This document shows, one piece after another, positions 60,870 to 64,000 of a DNA stretch of 64,000 nt. This DNA is from Tagaea sp. (GTDB taxonomy: Bacteria > Pseudomonadota > Alphaproteobacteria > CACIAM-22H2). Within the stretch, counting starts at the first letter, position 1. Every line of letters starts with the position of its first letter. The notes beneath the pieces were generated by a model. That model saw nothing but the letters and a program-made list of their open reading frames with translations. It was not told where the DNA came from and ran no database searches. The translations under genes and the position numbers were made by a program. The DNA is taken from contig CBDIIB010000002.1 in NCBI GenBank assembly GCA_965279525.1, forward strand, positions 1 to 64,000, written 5' to 3'.

Positions 60870-62212
60870 TGGCCGACGAAGCCAACTCGCTGGGCGGGCG
60901 CGTCAAGCGCTACGCGCGGGTCGGCTCGGCAGTGGGCGGGCTCGCCGTGCGTCTGGGCGCCGAGCGCGTGCTGGGCGTCAAGCTCGACCGCGAGCGGCAC
61001 GCGGCCGACCTGCGCGCGGCACTGGGCGGCCTCAAGGGGCCGCTGATGAAGGTCGCCCAGCTGATGTCGACCATTCCCGATGCGTTGCCCGACGAATACG
61101 CGGCCGAACTTTCCCAGCTCCAGTCGAGTGCGCCCGCGATGGGCTGGCCGTTCGTCAAACGGCGCATGGCGGCCGAACTCGGCCCCGACTGGGCGGCGCG
61201 CTTCGCCTCGTTCGAGCGCGAAGCGGCGGCGGCGGCCTCGCTCGGGCAGGTGCATCGCGCGACCGGCAAGGACGGCGCGAGGCTTGCCTGCAAGCTCCAG
61301 TATCCCGACATGGCTTCGGCCGTGGAAGCGGACCTCAAGCAGCTGCGGCTCATCTTCGCCATCCATGCGCGCTACGATCCGGCGATCCGCACCGACCAGA
61401 TCCACGCCGAGATCGCCGCCCGCCTGCGCGAGGAACTCGACTATGCGCGCGAGGCGCGGCACATGGCGCTCTACGCGCACATGCTGGCCGACGAGGAAGG
61501 CGTGACGGTGCCGTCGAGCGTGCCCGCACTTTCCACCGCCCGCCTGCTGACGATGGACTGGCTCGACGGCACGAAGCTGCTCGACGCGCGCGAAGCCCCG
61601 CTCGAACGGCGCAACCGCATCGCGATGAACATGTTCCGCGCGTGGTACGTGCCGTTCTACAGCTATGCGACGATCCACGGCGATCCGCATCTGGGGAACT
61701 ATTCGGTGCGCGCCGACGGCGGGGTCAACCTGCTCGATTTCGGCTGCGTGCGCGTGTTCCGGCCGGAATTCGTCGCCGGCGTCATCGACCTCTACCGCGC
61801 GATCCGCGACGGCGACGAAGCGCTCGCCGTCCACGCCTACGAGGCGTGGGGCTTCAAGGATCTCGGCAAGGACAAGATCCGCTGCCTCAATCGCTGGGCC
61901 GAGTTCGTCTACGCCCCCCTGCTGGAAGACCGCCTGAGGCGCATCGACGAGACGAATTCGGGCGTCTACGGGCGCGCCGTGGCCGAGAAGGTGCACGCCG
62001 AGCTGCGCGACTTGGGCGGCGTTCAGCCGCCGCGCGAGTTCGTGCTGATGGACCGCGCCGCGATCGGGCTCGGCTCGGTCTTCCTGCACCTGAAGGCCGA
62101 GGTGAACTGGCACCGCGCCTTCCACGGCCTGATCGACGGCTTCGACGTGAAGACGCTTGCCGCACGCCAGCAGGCGGCCCTCGACCGGGTCGGCCTCGCC
62201 GCGGCCGCCTGA
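60869..62212 (+). CDS. ABC1/UbiB/COQ8-family atypical kinase
   Basis: LKGPLMKVAQ, AAASLGQVH, KLQYP, EELDY, HGDPHLGN, LLDFG. TGATG overlap with pepF. Confidence 0.93.
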   Translation: MADEANSLGGRVKRYARVGSAVGGLAVRLGAERVLGVKLDRERHAADLRAALGGLKGPLMKVAQLMSTIPDALPDEYAAELSQLQSSAPAMGWPFVKRRMAAELGPDWAARFASFEREAAAAASLGQVHRATGKDGARLACKLQYPDMASAVEADLKQLRLIFAIHARYDPAIRTDQIHAEIAARLREELDYAREARHMALYAHMLADEEGVTVPSSVPALSTARLLTMDWLDGTKLLDAREAPLERRNRIAMNMFRAWYVPFYSYATIHGDPHLGNYSVRADGGVNLLDFGCVRVFRPEFVAGVIDLYRAIRDGDEALAVHAYEAWGFKDLGKDKIRCLNRWAEFVYAPLLEDRLRRIDETNSGVYGRAVAEKVHAELRDLGGVQPPREFVLMDRAAIGLGSVFLHLKAEVNWHRAFHGLIDGFDVKTLAARQQAALDRVGLAAAA

Positions 62213-62282
62213 CGCTGCTCGTATCCAAGGGGGCGGCTGAATTTTCTTCAACTTTGGCGGGCTGCCCGCTAGCGTGACGGGC

Positions 62283-63047
62283 ATGTCCAGGAAGCCCAGA
62301 TTGCGGCCGGCGCTCTACCGCATCGACCGCAGCTCGCCGATCCCGCTCTATATCCAGGTCCGCAGCCGGTTGATGACGATCGTCAATTCCTGGCCGGACC
62401 CGGAACAGATGTTCCATACCGAGGACGAGCTGACTGCGGCCTTCGGGGTCAGCCGGGTGACCGTGCGCGGCGCGATGGGCGAACTCGTCGAGGCGGGCTA
62501 CCTCAAGCGCACGCGCGGGGCCGGAACCCGCGTCACCAAGCGCAAGATCGAGGAGCGCCTGCAGCTCGGCCGCAAGCTCAACAAGATGTGGGCCAACGAG
62601 GAGCGCATGCACGTGGCGCTGCTCGCTTTCGAGCGGACCGGGGCGCCGGCCGGCATCGCGGCCGAACTGGGGATCGAGCCGGGTGCCGACCTGCTGTCGA
62701 TCAAGCGCCTGCGCTCGACCGGCCTGTCGCCGATCGCGATCGACTGGCGCTATGTGCCCGGGCCGCTCGCCGACCGCGTCGGGCGCGAGGACGCGCGCAC
62801 CGGCATCTACAGTGCCATCGCCCGCATGGTCGCCTTCGACCATGTGCGAATGGAGATCGAGGGCGGCCTGTCGGGTCCGGAGGAGGTCGAGCTGCTGCTG
62901 ATGCCGACCGGCACGCCGATCCTCACCCAGCGCTTCGTCGTCTACAGCCGGACCGGCCAGGCCGTCATGCTCGGCCGCTCGGTCAACCGCGCCGACATGA
63001 CGCGCTATTCGCTGCGCATGGACGCGACGAGCGAGATATTGGGCTAA
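62283..63047 (+). CDS. GntR-family (HutC/UTRA) transcriptional regulator
   Basis: PLYIQV, TEDEL...FGVSRVTVR.A, RGAGT.V, C-terminal UTRA-like region. Confidence 0.9.
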   Translation: MSRKPRLRPALYRIDRSSPIPLYIQVRSRLMTIVNSWPDPEQMFHTEDELTAAFGVSRVTVRGAMGELVEAGYLKRTRGAGTRVTKRKIEERLQLGRKLNKMWANEERMHVALLAFERTGAPAGIAAELGIEPGADLLSIKRLRSTGLSPIAIDWRYVPGPLADRVGREDARTGIYSAIARMVAFDHVRMEIEGGLSGPEEVELLLMPTGTPILTQRFVVYSRTGQAVMLGRSVNRADMTRYSLRMDATSEILG

Positions 63048-63115
63048 ATTTGTACTACTTGGCGCTGATCCACCTTGGCAATCTCTGGCTTTGATTAGAT
63101 CGAGGGAATTTAAAC

Positions 63116-63796
63116 TTGGACAATCAATTGAATCAACTTCTCAAGGAGCTTGAGAATTCTAGGAAGACCATTTTAGAGCATGGCATGAAAAATCTTAAGG
63201 CAGCTGGTGGGAATTTCTTTCATACCGATTTTGTTTTTATTGGTGCTGCGAATCGATCCTTGGCTTTGATCGATGGCTTCATATCTCTGCACCAATCTCG
63301 GAATTTCTTATGTATGGCGCCAATGGTACGCATGCATCTGGATACATTGCTGCGACTGCATGCGTTAAAAATGGTTGATAGTGTAGAGAAGGTTGCCGCA
63401 GCGATATTTCAAGGAGAACAGATTAGTAAAATGAAGGGAACTTCCAAGCTCACCTTAACCGACAGGAATATCAGGGAGAACTTCATCGAATATTGGGAAG
63501 GCCAGGGGCGCGACGTGTCATGGGTTCAGAGTGTATATGCGGCTACGTCCGGCCATATCCATTTATCGAAAGCACATGTCTTTTCTACAATGAAGGATAC
63601 TGACAGTCCCGATTCTATTTCGCTTAGTGTTTCTGGTTCAATTGGTGATGTCGATCAATACCCGGCAGCCGCCAAGCCTGCATTTGCAGCAATGATAGAT
63701 ATTTCGAATGGCATTTGCGCATATGTCGAGAAGTGGACGGCTACAAAAGAGTTATGGTTGCAAACGAAGAATTCGAAGATCCATGGCGCAAAATAA
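63116..63796 (+). CDS. AT-rich hypothetical protein, DUF5677/HEPN-like
   Basis: TTG start with GAGGGA RBS. Helical protein with R..L.D/E and Y...S..IH motifs. Strongly atypical composition. Confidence 0.7.
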   Translation: MDNQLNQLLKELENSRKTILEHGMKNLKAAGGNFFHTDFVFIGAANRSLALIDGFISLHQSRNFLCMAPMVRMHLDTLLRLHALKMVDSVEKVAAAIFQGEQISKMKGTSKLTLTDRNIRENFIEYWEGQGRDVSWVQSVYAATSGHIHLSKAHVFSTMKDTDSPDSISLSVSGSIGDVDQYPAAAKPAFAAMIDISNGICAYVEKWTATKELWLQTKNSKIHGAK

Positions 63797-63835
63797 AATG
63801 ACGGCATACATGCATGGGTGCACATCGAGCGTTTT

Positions 63836-63871
63836 AAGTCGTGGATGCCCGGCACGAGGCCGGGCATGACG
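63836..63871 (-). repeat. REP-like palindromic element, second copy
   Basis: Reverse complement CGTCATGCCCGGC-CTCGT-GCCGGGCATCCACGACTT is identical to 39470-39504 except for the loop. Confidence 0.85.
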
Positions 63872-63873
63872 CG

Positions 63874-64000
63874 CTATATTTTCGGCACGCTCGAATAGAG
63901 CGAGACGAACAGGAAGCGGCGCTGGGCTTCCTCGGCGTCGAACGTGTCGTCCATCCAGTTCATGATGCCGGGCGCGAACTCGCGGAAATCCCGCCACTGG
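63874..64000 (-). CDS. 3' end of a gene running off the window (..QWRDFREFAPGIMNWMDDTFDAEEAQRRFLFVSLYSSVPKI*)
   Basis: Open frame with host-like codon usage ending in TAG at 63874. Product not identifiable. Confidence 0.65.
   Translation of the reverse strand, partial: QWRDFREFAPGIMNWMDDTFDAEEAQRRFLFVSLYSSVPKI

Overview
High-GC alphaproteobacterial chromosome segment (Rhodospirillales-like by gene content; the taxon is an inference). It opens with the end of an rRNA operon (ITS tail, 23S, 5S, tRNA-fMet). Mostly core or metabolic genes follow: a cobalamin-riboswitch-controlled CbtJKL-like ABC transporter with an extra methyltransferase, a hybrid kinase, msrB, a two-CSD cold-shock protein with a prion-like tail, a CoxL-like molybdoenzyme, two-subunit NAD-linked formate dehydrogenase, an ATP-grasp/alpha-E/Anbu operon, anthraniloyl/salicylyl-CoA monooxygenase, a probable oxalate activation pair, a PAS-GGDEF-EAL protein, fused indolepyruvate oxidoreductase, trpE(G) with a Trp leader peptide, a PepSY/two-component/cytochrome b module, oligopeptidase F and an ABC1 kinase. 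Three small accessory inserts stand out. (i) An outer-membrane beta-barrel gene sits between 163-bp direct repeats whose three differences are all synonymous, with no integrase. (ii) A DUF6973-like toxin-type islet. (iii) An AT-rich DUF5677/HEPN-like gene. Inserts ii and iii are each followed by the same REP-like palindrome in the same relative orientation. Two genes carry frameshifts that look like sequencing errors. All family calls come from motif recognition by eye, with no database searches.
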